DNA of 44,188 nt. It comes from a virus. Taxonomy: Duplodnaviria; Caudoviricetes. Where the stretch lies: the IMG/VR virus record IMGVR_UViG_3300037467_000462, positions 1 to 44,188 of that record. One strand, written 5' to 3'. Made by a program: the position numbers and the translations under genes. Within the stretch, counting starts at the first letter, position 1; each line of letters opens with the position of its first letter. Positions 7,716 through 15,833 of this stretch are shown here, piece after piece. The notes under the pieces were generated by a model. It searched no databases, had not been told where the DNA came from, and saw only the letters and a program-made list of their open reading frames with translations.

Positions 7716-7834
7716 AAAATCTTGTCTCGCACCGCACAGGGGTGGAAGTTGGGGAAGGGCTGAAATTGTGCTTGCTTCATTGCTCTGGCAAGCATATCTG
7801 CTTACTAATTATTAACAGCAAGGAGATTGCAAAT

Positions 7835-8866
7835 ATGGATGAGGAAACACCCCAATCCAAAGGTGGCCGGACACGGGCTCAGAATCTCAGCGCGGAAGAT
7901 CGAAGCGCCATTGCGCGGCGGGCAGCGCTGGCAAAACATGGAAAGGGCCTGCCAAAGGCCATCGCGGAAGGCACGTTGATCATCGGCAGTCTGCGGATCG
8001 CCTGCGCCGTACTTGAAGATGAAACCCGCGTGTTGACGCAGGAAGGTTTCCTGACGGCCATCGGACGCGCCGGGAAGGCAAAAGGCGGTGAGGGCGCCGG
8101 GGTCGACGGGAAGCCCGCTTTTCTCAGGGCGAAGAACCTAGAGCCATTTATTTCCAACGAGTTAATAGTGTCGACAACTCCGATTGAATTCGTGCCCTTG
8201 CGCGGACCTGGATATCAGGGGCGGGCATTCGGTTACCGAGCGCGGCTCTTGCCGGATGTGTGCTGGGTCTATCAAGACGCGATGGTCGCGGGGAAGTTGC
8301 TCCCCAGCCAAGAGCACATCGGCAAGGCTTGCCGGGACTTTCTCAGGGCGCTGACAAATCACGCGATTGATGATCTGGTCGATCTGGCGACCGGCTTCGA
8401 AGACATGCGGAAGCGGCGAGCGATCAATAAAATCATTGATCAGTACGTAGAGAAGTCCGCGCGTGCTTGGGTGAAAATGTTCGATCTGAACTTCTATCGG
8501 CACATCTACCGATTGAATGGATGGGAATTCGACCCGGAAAACACAGCGCGCCCCGGCATCGTCGGAAAGTGGACCAACGATATCTATGATCGACTGGCCC
8601 CCGGTGTCAGAGAAGCGCTGCATTTGCGGGTGAAGCGCAACGCGCAAGGCAAGCCAACGCAAAAACTCACACAGCTTCTAACCCCGAAAGAAGGGAAACC
8701 GGCGCTTGAACGGCTTCTTGAAGGCGTCATCCTGTTAATGCGGATGTCCTCCAATTGGGGGGAATTCAAACAGAAACTGGATGAATACTACCCGCGCTAT
8801 GGCGATACGATGCAGCTCCCACTCAGCGGCGGCATCTATCACCTTCCCCCGCCGGACTCACAATGA
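7835..8866 (+). CDS. P63C-domain protein with N-terminal KGG-like basic segment
   Basis: SKGGRTRAQNLSAEDRSAIARRAA; IACAVLEDETRVLTQ; WVKMFDLNFYRHIYRLNGW...RPGIVGKWTNDIYDRLAPGV; AGGAG RBS. Confidence 0.85.
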   Translation: MDEETPQSKGGRTRAQNLSAEDRSAIARRAALAKHGKGLPKAIAEGTLIIGSLRIACAVLEDETRVLTQEGFLTAIGRAGKAKGGEGAGVDGKPAFLRAKNLEPFISNELIVSTTPIEFVPLRGPGYQGRAFGYRARLLPDVCWVYQDAMVAGKLLPSQEHIGKACRDFLRALTNHAIDDLVDLATGFEDMRKRRAINKIIDQYVEKSARAWVKMFDLNFYRHIYRLNGWEFDPENTARPGIVGKWTNDIYDRLAPGVREALHLRVKRNAQGKPTQKLTQLLTPKEGKPALERLLEGVILLMRMSSNWGEFKQKLDEYYPRYGDTMQLPLSGGIYHLPPPDSQ

Positions 8867-8872
8867 AAGAAC

Positions 8873-8894
8873 AACCCCGCTCCGGCGGGGTTTT
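8873..8894. terminator. Intrinsic terminator between convergent genes, probably bidirectional
   Basis: AACCCCGC-TCCG-GCGGGGTTTT. Confidence 0.8.
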
Positions 8895-8902
8895 CTATGA
8901 GT

Positions 8903-9295
8903 TCAGTGAGGTTTCCCGTCGCACGGAAACGCGTCGCGCAGTGCGTAGGCTGCCGTTGCGAAAGCCTGCTGGTGAAGCGTCGATGGGTTTGCCCTGCCAT
9001 AATGCACGAAGATGCGAACGTATTGAAGCAGGGAAGAATCCGGCGGCGCGCATACGTCGAGCACCCGTTTGTTGTTCGTGACGAGAACGGTGCCGTCTTG
9101 GATGGCAGACATATAAAACCAACAATGATCGCCAGAACGTGGAAACATTACCGCCCCGTCTGAGCGAGTTTGCATGTTCTTGAGGATCGCTTCACAGCTG
9201 TTGAGCAAGTCTCCCGCCGTCTCGGCGCGACTAGGAGTGCCAGCCAGCAGCGCGCCAAGCAATATGGCCGCAACTACAGTCGCTTTAATCCCCAC
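8903..9295 (-). CDS. Rap1a/Tai-family periplasmic immunity-like protein
   Basis: Signal peptide; TAGDLLNSC...CWFYMSAI...VCAP...ALRDAFPC four-Cys pattern. Confidence 0.75.
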   Translation of the reverse strand: MGIKATVVAAILLGALLAGTPSRAETAGDLLNSCEAILKNMQTRSDGAVMFPRSGDHCWFYMSAIQDGTVLVTNNKRVLDVCAPPDSSLLQYVRIFVHYGRANPSTLHQQAFATAAYALRDAFPCDGKPH

Positions 9296-9978
9296 AGCAC
9301 CCTCCCAACGATAGCAATCTCGTCCGCGCCCACATCTTCCGCGTCATGCGCCTTGTTGTCTGAAATGATCCTGATAACTGGCGGGTCGCCGCGCCGCAGG
9401 ACTTGCAGCCGCTTCACGACGATCGATCCGTACCGATCCCGCACCGCATAGATGCCATCTGGCGAGGGGAGTTTGTGGCCGGTATCGACAATCACCCTAT
9501 CGCCCGAGAGGATCGTCGGCGCCATGCTGTCGCCCTCGGTTTCGAGGATGATCACCCGGCTTTCCGGTGCTCGAATTTCCTCTCGCATGAACCGCGCAGG
9601 GAAGTGCCAGGATTCCGGCTTAACCGGGTCGGCGTGGTCGCCGTCGTGCCGAACCTCCCGGCCATCCATGGTCCCGCCGCCGCCCATGCCGGCGCGAACG
9701 TCAATTTCGAGGATGCCGTTCTCGGGGCGCGGCTCATAATCGGGGTCGGTCGAACCCATCCTGACCATCGCTGGCGGCTTGCCGTCACCTTTTGAGAGCC
9801 AGTCCAAAGAAACGTCGAACTTGTCGGATATCTGCACGAGGTTTTCGTGCTTGATCCCTTTCCCGACCTCCCAATTGCCGACCGCGCCGCGCGAGGTGCC
9901 GAGCACTTCCGCGAACCGCTCCTGAGACAGCCGCGATAGCTGCCGCACAATCCTGATTCTGTCGCCCTTGGTGGTCAT
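9274..9978 (-). CDS. cI: CI-like repressor (XRE HTH + S24 autopeptidase)
   Basis: LSQERFAEVLGTSRGAVGNWE HTH; AGMG cleavage region; GDSMAP and VVKRL catalytic motifs. Confidence 0.93.
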   Translation of the reverse strand: MTTKGDRIRIVRQLSRLSQERFAEVLGTSRGAVGNWEVGKGIKHENLVQISDKFDVSLDWLSKGDGKPPAMVRMGSTDPDYEPRPENGILEIDVRAGMGGGGTMDGREVRHDGDHADPVKPESWHFPARFMREEIRAPESRVIILETEGDSMAPTILSGDRVIVDTGHKLPSPDGIYAVRDRYGSIVVKRLQVLRRGDPPVIRIISDNKAHDAEDVGADEIAIVGRVLWGLKRL

Positions 9979-9981
9979 TCC

Positions 9982-10055
9982 TGAAAGCTGCCCTTACGAG
10001 CCGCAGAAATCACCGAAAGAAATGCTTGCAGTTTGATGTAAGTCATGCTTACAAT
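9982..10055. promoter_or_regulatory. OR switch: three 17-bp operators (9982-9998, 10014-10030, 10037-10053) and PR promoter
   Basis: TGAAAG-N5-CTTACG, CGAAAG-N5-CTTGCA, TGTAAG-N5-CTTACA; TTGCAG-N18-TACAAT. Confidence 0.85.
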
Positions 10056-10062
10056 ATGCGCC

Positions 10063-10302
10063 ATGAGCGACATCGACCAGATCAAGCATCAAGCGCTGAG
10101 CCGGGCCAAGGAAGCTGCAAACGGATCGTCCGCACTCGCGCGGGCTCTGTCCGATCAGATAACGCCACAGGCCATCTCGCAATGGAAACAGGTCCCGGCC
10201 GAACGCGTCCTCGATGTCGAGCGCATTACCGGCGTTCCTCGTCATGAGCTTCGTCCGGACATCTATCCGGCCCCCACCACCACGGAACGAGGCGCCGCAT
10301 GA
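10063..10302 (+). CDS. cro: Cro/YdaS-like transcriptional regulator
   Basis: ALARAL...ITPQAISQW...VPAERVLDVERITGVPRHELRPDIYP; divergent from cI. Confidence 0.9.
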   Translation: MSDIDQIKHQALSRAKEAANGSSALARALSDQITPQAISQWKQVPAERVLDVERITGVPRHELRPDIYPAPTTTERGAA

Positions 10303-10382
10303 TCGACGCTCTTTCCACCATTGGCATTGCCATCCTGCCGTTTGCTTTTGCATGGGCGCTGATCGGGAGGGCTGGGCAATGA
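10299..10382 (+). CDS. 27-aa hydrophobic peptide MIDALSTIGIAILPFAFAWALIGRAGQ
   Basis: ATGA overlap at both ends, GAGG RBS. Confidence 0.55.
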   Translation: MIDALSTIGIAILPFAFAWALIGRAGQ

Positions 10383-10585
10383 GCGGTCCTCGCCTCACCG
10401 AAGAACAGAAAAACGAGATCGTCGCGCAATATTGCGAACGCATCTCGACGCGGAAGATTGCCGCCGAATTTGGTGTTGACCCATCCTATCCGTCGATCCT
10501 TGCCAAGCGATACGGCGTGAAGCTGCGGATGGCTCAGCGCCATCGCGACCTTATGGCCGCTGCCGCGAGGGTTCGCCATGCATAG
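10379..10585 (+). CDS. Small HTH protein
   Basis: RLTEEQKNEIV...STRKIAAEFGVDPSYPSIL. Confidence 0.75.
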   Translation: MSGPRLTEEQKNEIVAQYCERISTRKIAAEFGVDPSYPSILAKRYGVKLRMAQRHRDLMAAAARVRHA

Positions 10586-10856
10586 CATCTCCCTTGCGCG
10601 TGCAAACTCAAGCCTCCCACCACGCGCCAACTCGCCGGCCAGCGCTGGCGTTTTTTATTCCTGCCTTGCCAATCCGTTCGCCGGGCTTGGTGAGCGTCCT
10701 GACGATCATTCGCCGTCGATCCCGTCGTGTCCGACCGCTGAATTGCTGCCGCCGCTCGATGATTGCGCGCCGGTCGATATCAGCCGCGTCGATCTGATGG
10801 CGTGGGTTCGTCAGCTTGCCGACGAAGTGATCACACAGCGAGGCGCGTCATGCTGA
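10578..10856 (+). CDS. Hypothetical protein (weak)
   Basis: Coupled ORF spanning a terminator. Confidence 0.35.
   Translation: MHSISLARANSSLPPRANSPASAGVFYSCLANPFAGLGERPDDHSPSIPSCPTAELLPPLDDCAPVDISRVDLMAWVRQLADEVITQRGASC
10633..10656 (+). terminator. tR1-like intrinsic terminator
   Basis: CGCCGGC-CAGC-GCTGGCG followed by TTTTTT. Confidence 0.7.
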
Positions 10857-11188
10857 TCCAATTCACCAGCGAGACAAGCGGCCGGGCCACGGGGCACTGT
10901 CAACCCGGCCGCTCTCACATGCGCGATGGGGCTTCGCGCAATTCTAATTCCTTGGTGCCGGGGCTCTTGGCCGGTCAGCGAGGGGATCGGTTTCCAGAAA
11001 GTTCACCTGCGGGCCGGCACCCGGTCGAATGCCAGTTTGACCGCCATCATTACGTTCAAGGTGAGCATCCCTCGCATCCTTTTATCCAGTTCCTACGCGA
11101 CATCGCGCCGGTTCTCGCTCTTGCTCTGTTCGCCGCTGCGCTCGGGATTGGTGCGGCAATCGTTAAAGCGCTGGTTTTCGGAGCTTGA
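10850..11188 (+). CDS. Hypothetical protein with C-terminal TM helix (start uncertain)
   Basis: Hydrophobic IAPVLALALFAAALGIGAAIV; 5' part overlaps hairpins. Confidence 0.4.
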   Translation: MLIQFTSETSGRATGHCQPGRSHMRDGASRNSNSLVPGLLAGQRGDRFPESSPAGRHPVECQFDRHHYVQGEHPSHPFIQFLRDIAPVLALALFAAALGIGAAIVKALVFGA

Positions 11189-11193
11189 GACAT

Positions 11194-11598
11194 ATGGATA
11201 ACAGCTTCGACAAAATCCTCGCTTCGCGGCCGGTAAATCAGCAAGCCGCTCGTGTCCTTGGTAAAGGCGTTGATTACACGCCTACGAAGAAGATCACTCA
11301 ACGTCATTGGTCGTCACCTCCGCCGACAATGGCAATTTCCGATCAATTGCGACGCACATCGTCATTTGTCGATTTGACCGGGCGCGCATTCGGTCGGTTC
11401 AAGGTTGTCGGCATGTTAAACGCCGGCAGGTGGCTTTGCCGCTGTTCGTGCGGCGACTACGAAACGCGCCGTCATCGGGCAATTCTGAATCCCGAGAACT
11501 TCGGGGATCGCTGCGAAAACTGTCGTCATCTGGCTTTCCTGAAACGGCGCGAAGTCTTTGATCGCTCCGGGAAGGATTGTGACGTTCGGGAGCTTTGA
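11194..11598 (+). CDS. Cys-rich protein with a DLTGxxFGR...WLCRCxCG module
   Basis: Module usually seen N-terminal to phage HNH/AP2 endonucleases. Confidence 0.65.
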   Translation: MDNSFDKILASRPVNQQAARVLGKGVDYTPTKKITQRHWSSPPPTMAISDQLRRTSSFVDLTGRAFGRFKVVGMLNAGRWLCRCSCGDYETRRHRAILNPENFGDRCENCRHLAFLKRREVFDRSGKDCDVREL

Positions 11599-11708
11599 GT
11601 TTCTCCATCACCCGCGCCGCCGCCAAGCCAATGCGGGTGAATGAGAGTGGATCGTTATCGTTAGCAACCTTCGTCATGTCGAGCAGCATGAACGAAGGAG
11701 AGTTGAAG

Positions 11709-12077
11709 GTGCTCAAGAAGTTTTTGAGAGTTACGCAAATGAGTGAAACCGCGTTCGTTGAAGATGCCGCGCTCTGGTCACGCGAGTTAACTCGCATGAG
11801 AGCGCGCGGCCCCGGCGATGCCGACAACGCGTTGCGATCAATCGAGAGAGACTATGGCATCAACTACTGGACGCTCTGGCAACTTCGCTACCGGCTCGCA
11901 TCCGTCAAGAAAATCAGCGCCGGAGCCTACGCGCTCATCAAGGCCGCTTACGACAACGAACGGCAGCGCCAGTTTGCCAAGCTCAAGCTCGACATCGAAC
12001 GAACAGAAGCCGTTGCCGGGCCTGACTGCGATGTGGTTCGCGCGGCTCGGGCTTTGGTGGAAGAGAGTAAGGAGTAG
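11709..12077 (+). CDS. Putative regulator in the cII position
   Basis: RGPGDADNALRSIERDYGINYWTLWQLRY HTH-like segment. Confidence 0.6.
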   Translation: MLKKFLRVTQMSETAFVEDAALWSRELTRMRARGPGDADNALRSIERDYGINYWTLWQLRYRLASVKKISAGAYALIKAAYDNERQRQFAKLKLDIERTEAVAGPDCDVVRAARALVEESKE

Positions 12078-12080
12078 GTA

Positions 12081-12587
12081 ATGAACGCGCATTTCAAGTT
12101 CGATGTAGATCATGCCGACAATCTCGCGACCACGGCGATAAGGAACGGCACGGACAGATTGCTCGAACTGCTCAAGAGCCATCACAGCTACGACATGCAG
12201 CCGCCGAAAGGCTGGAAGAAGCGCGAACCTAAGAAGCCGCCGGCAGTCCCATCAAGCCCGCTGTGGTTCCGAATGGTGGACGACAAGCCGCTGCCGACGA
12301 TGGACAACATTATCCGCGTTGTCGCTGCCTTCTACGGTGTCACACCGATGGACCTGAGGTCAGGCAGGCGCGATCACAAGGTCGTCCGCCCGCGCATGAT
12401 TGTCACCTATCTCGCCAAGAAGCTGACGAAACTTTCGTATCCGCAGATCGGCAAGTTTATCGGGGGGCGCGACCATTCAACGGCGGTCCACGCATTCCAG
12501 AAGATCGAGCGATTGCTGGAATCCGGCAATGCCCAATTGCAGGCCGACGTTGACGAGCTATCAGCAAAGTTCGCGGTGCCAGAATGA
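12081..12587 (+). CDS. DnaA C-terminal-like HTH protein
   Basis: IIRVVAAFYGVTPMDLRSGRR...SYPQIGKFIGGRDHSTAVHA. Confidence 0.88.
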   Translation: MNAHFKFDVDHADNLATTAIRNGTDRLLELLKSHHSYDMQPPKGWKKREPKKPPAVPSSPLWFRMVDDKPLPTMDNIIRVVAAFYGVTPMDLRSGRRDHKVVRPRMIVTYLAKKLTKLSYPQIGKFIGGRDHSTAVHAFQKIERLLESGNAQLQADVDELSAKFAVPE

Positions 12588-12772
12588 ACAAGCCCTCCAT
12601 CGCCCAGGTTCTCCATCGCATTGCGCGCCTGTCTCTGCCGCACAAGATCGCGCATCTTCGCAATCTGATTGCGCTTGAACCGTCGCGCTCCATCCGTCGC
12701 GAGAAACTGATCGCAGCGTTGAAACCGCTTGTCACCCGTCAGGTGAAGAAAGAGGGAAGGCTGTCGGCATGA
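12584..12772 (+). CDS. Small basic hypothetical protein
   Basis: ATGA-coupled at both ends. Confidence 0.6.
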   Translation: MNKPSIAQVLHRIARLSLPHKIAHLRNLIALEPSRSIRREKLIAALKPLVTRQVKKEGRLSA

Positions 12773-13128
12773 CGCGGCTTCGCTTCGATATCAAGGCGCT
12801 TGGGCGGCTCAAGGCCGGACAGATGAACAAGACCGAGGCCGCATGGGCCGACAACCTTGAGCGCCTCAAGCAACGCGGCGACGTGCTTTGGTATCGGTTC
12901 GAAGGCATCAAGCTTCGTTTGGCTGACAAGACGTTCTATTCGCCGGACTTCGCCGTCATGCGGTCCACAGGCGAGCTTCAATGCCATGAGGTCAAGGGCT
13001 TCATGATGGACGACGCGAACGTAAAAATCAAAGTGGCGGCAGAACAATTCCCGATGACCTTCCTGCTGATCAAGAAGGGGAAGGGCAAGGCTGCACTGTG
13101 GGACATCAAAACAATCGGAGGTGAGTGA
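12769..13128 (+). CDS. DUF1064-like PD-(D/E)XK endonuclease
   Basis: MNKTE...YSPDF...HEVKG. Confidence 0.8.
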   Translation: MTRLRFDIKALGRLKAGQMNKTEAAWADNLERLKQRGDVLWYRFEGIKLRLADKTFYSPDFAVMRSTGELQCHEVKGFMMDDANVKIKVAAEQFPMTFLLIKKGKGKAALWDIKTIGGE

Positions 13129-13129
13129 A

Positions 13130-13339
13130 ATGAGTACCGAAGTCCTAGATCCAATGGAAACGACCGAGTTCAAGGCGGATCACGCTATTCATAACCTGTG
13201 CTCGGCAGTCGGAGATATCGACGGTCTGCGCCGGTCGAATGAAGCGCGCCGGTCGCTCCAAGACGCAATGGCGATTGCGGATATCGAGCTTTGCCGGGAC
13301 CGACTGTCGCGCATTCTGGATGATCTGGGGAGTAAGTAA
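13130..13339 (+). CDS. Hypothetical protein
   Basis: Fills operon; TAATG coupling. Confidence 0.55.
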   Translation: MSTEVLDPMETTEFKADHAIHNLCSAVGDIDGLRRSNEARRSLQDAMAIADIELCRDRLSRILDDLGSK

Positions 13340-14052
13340 TGGGCAAGCCATCGAAACAGGTCATGGAGTTCATGGCCAAATACAACATCGATTCCGACGA
13401 AATTTGGGAAGTCCACGGCTCAACCTGGGTGGTGAAGCACAAGGCTCTCGAACGTGTTGCGGCTGAACAGAACGTCATTTGGGGCCAGCCGACGATGATT
13501 GAAACCAATTCCGAAAAGGGTATTGCCTCGATCATTGTCTACGGCAAACTCGGTGATCGGTCGGAATGGTCGATTGGTGAGGCATCACCGAAGAACAACA
13601 AGAATGCCTATTGCTACGCCATGGCAGAAAAGCGCGCCAAGGACCGCGTTATCCTCAAATTACTGGCGTCGCATGGCGATCTGTATTCCGAGGCCGAGGC
13701 TGACGAATTTTCCGAAGGGCGCCGCAATCCCCATGTGACCCGGCCGGAAGAAATCGTCCCCGCGACTGAATACGATCAGCACGGCAACCCCGTCGATAAT
13801 ATTCCTTTGCCCGATCCGGCGTCGGTGAAGAAGCTGCGCGTCGTCGATCAGCGCCCGATTTTCGAGGCGATGCAGAAAGAAATCCACGCGACGGGCTCGC
13901 TGCCGGAACTGAACAAGTGGGCTGCAGATAACAAGGACCGGCTCGGCAGTCTCAAGCCTGATTGGCAGGAGTTCATGCGCGGCGTGTTTGCCGAGCATCG
14001 GGACGCGCTCCGACAAATGGATGCACATGACAACGAAAGGCTCGCAAGCTAA
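13339..14052 (+). CDS. Putative Rad52/Sak-like single-strand annealing protein
   Basis: GEASP...AMAEKRAKDRVILKL...LYSEAEADEF resembles SSAP cores; precedes SSB-like and ninB-like genes. Confidence 0.55.
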   Translation: MGKPSKQVMEFMAKYNIDSDEIWEVHGSTWVVKHKALERVAAEQNVIWGQPTMIETNSEKGIASIIVYGKLGDRSEWSIGEASPKNNKNAYCYAMAEKRAKDRVILKLLASHGDLYSEAEADEFSEGRRNPHVTRPEEIVPATEYDQHGNPVDNIPLPDPASVKKLRVVDQRPIFEAMQKEIHATGSLPELNKWAADNKDRLGSLKPDWQEFMRGVFAEHRDALRQMDAHDNERLAS

Positions 14053-14300
14053 TGGCTGGACACGACAACACCAATCGCGGGGCGATCTGGAAGAACGACG
14101 ACAAGCAGAACGATAAACACCCGGACTTCAAGGGCAGCCTGAACGTCGGCGGCGTCGAATATTGGGTATCGGCATGGAAGCGCAGGCCCGACCAATCCGC
14201 CAAGGCCCCCGCATTGTCATTTTCGATCAAGCCGAAAGACGGCCAGCAACAGCAACAGGCGGTAGGCGACGACATGAACGGGGACCGGATTCCATTTTAG
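14052..14300 (+). CDS. Small ssDNA-binding protein (DUF736-like)
   Basis: HPDFKG...YWVSAW; acidic DRIPF tail. Confidence 0.7.
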   Translation: MAGHDNTNRGAIWKNDDKQNDKHPDFKGSLNVGGVEYWVSAWKRRPDQSAKAPALSFSIKPKDGQQQQQAVGDDMNGDRIPF

Positions 14301-14307
14301 GTGAAGC

Positions 14308-14700
14308 ATGACGCGGGCGCTGATTACTCTGCACGGTAAGGACGACACGCAACGGGCGATGCGTTGGTTGACGCAGGCCCCAGCCGGAACGCGCCTTGAG
14401 TTCAAGGCTCCGCGTCGATCCTTGCCGCAGAATGATCGCATGTGGGCGATGCTGACCGAAGTTGCGGCGCAACTACCGTGGCATGGCGTAAAATTGACGC
14501 CGGACGACTGGAAACTGATCTTTCTGGATGCCTTGAAGCGCGAGCTTCGCATGGTGCCGAATCTTGAGGGGACCGGATTTGTGAACCTGGGGCGGTCATC
14601 GTCTGATCTGTCCAAGGATGAAATGACCGATCTGATGGAATTGATCGCGGCATTCGGAGCTAAGCACGGCATCACATTCAACGATCCGGTGACGGCATGA
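14308..14700 (+). CDS. ninB: NinB-family recombination protein
   Basis: RRSLPQNDRMWAML...SSSDLSKDEMTDLMELIAAFGA. Confidence 0.88.
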   Translation: MTRALITLHGKDDTQRAMRWLTQAPAGTRLEFKAPRRSLPQNDRMWAMLTEVAAQLPWHGVKLTPDDWKLIFLDALKRELRMVPNLEGTGFVNLGRSSSDLSKDEMTDLMELIAAFGAKHGITFNDPVTA

Positions 14701-14897
14701 AGATCACCCTTGCCGATCAAGCAACTGCAGTAGAGACAGCCGCAGCCAATCTTCGTGGTCATGTAGATAATCTGCGGAATCTCGTAGCTGCGAAGCGCCG
14801 CAGCGAAATGGATCTGCATATCGCGGAAGACCGTTTGCCGGCGCTGGAAGCGGCTGCGGTGACGTTGCGCGACATGGCGAAATGGGAGGCTGCATGA
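14697..14897 (+). CDS. Hypothetical protein
   Basis: ATGA-coupled at both ends. Confidence 0.6.
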   Translation: MKITLADQATAVETAAANLRGHVDNLRNLVAAKRRSEMDLHIAEDRLPALEAAAVTLRDMAKWEAA

Positions 14898-15448
14898 GCC
14901 AGCAATCCCCGCGCAAATCCCTGACCCGCAATCAGCGCGCCGAGCTGCCGACGCGCGATGACGTTGTTTCTCTGTTTAACTACAACCCGCTAACCGGCGT
15001 TTTCATCAGAAAGTCGTCTAAAAATAAGAGGTGGGCTGGGACCGTCGCTGGCGGCCTTGATGCTAAGGGATATCTGAATATTCACATCATGGGCAAACGC
15101 TATAAGGCTCATCGATTAGCTTGGCTAATTGTTTATGGCGAGTGGCCAAAAGATGATGTGGACCATATTAATCACGTCAAAACTGACAACAGAATCCAAA
15201 ATCTTCGTGCCTGCACACGATCAGAAAACATGCAAAATCTCTTTGCACGGTCGAGCAGAGAGCAGTCCGAACTTGGAATAAGTTTTTGCAAGTGCACAGG
15301 GCGATGGCGTGCCAAGATTCAAATAAACAGAAAACAAATTCATCTTGGCAGATACAGCAGTCGCGAAGCTGCGCGCGAGGCTTACCGCGAGGCGAAGGCA
15401 AGGTTTCACCAGTTTAATCCAACGTTGATTGGTGGACCAAATGTCTAG
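14894..15448 (+). CDS. HNH-AP2 homing endonuclease
   Basis: YKAHRLAW...VDHINHVKTDNRIQNLR...N; WRAKIQINRKQIHLGRY AP2 domain; visibly AT-richer. Confidence 0.9.
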   Translation: MSQQSPRKSLTRNQRAELPTRDDVVSLFNYNPLTGVFIRKSSKNKRWAGTVAGGLDAKGYLNIHIMGKRYKAHRLAWLIVYGEWPKDDVDHINHVKTDNRIQNLRACTRSENMQNLFARSSREQSELGISFCKCTGRWRAKIQINRKQIHLGRYSSREAAREAYREAKARFHQFNPTLIGGPNV

Positions 15449-15833
15449 GGCTCTTCCGGAATGGATTGCAAAATATGATGACGCGGCAATTCCGCCACGC
15501 GTCAAGGATCGCATTGCCCAGCGTTCGGACGATTGCTGCGTGAAATGCACTCGCAAGATCGGCGGTGCTTTGCGGGCCGAGTTCGACCACGCCACGCCGC
15601 TAATCCTTGGAGGCGAACACCGCGAATCCAATCTGCAACTGCTCTGCCATGAGTGCCATCGGGCGAAATCTGCGGTCGATGTGAAGATCAAGGCCAAGGT
15701 GGCCCGCGTCAGGAAGAAGCTAGTTCTAGGCGAGCGTAAGCGTACCAGTTTCCGTGGCTGGAGAAAAATGAACGGAGACATTGTTTTCAACAAGCAAGGG
15801 GTACGCAATGACGGAAGCGGCAAGCATCGGTGA
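15441..15833 (+). CDS. HNH endonuclease
   Basis: CVKC...FDHATPL...NLQLLCHECH. Confidence 0.88.
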   Translation: MSRALPEWIAKYDDAAIPPRVKDRIAQRSDDCCVKCTRKIGGALRAEFDHATPLILGGEHRESNLQLLCHECHRAKSAVDVKIKAKVARVRKKLVLGERKRTSFRGWRKMNGDIVFNKQGVRNDGSGKHR

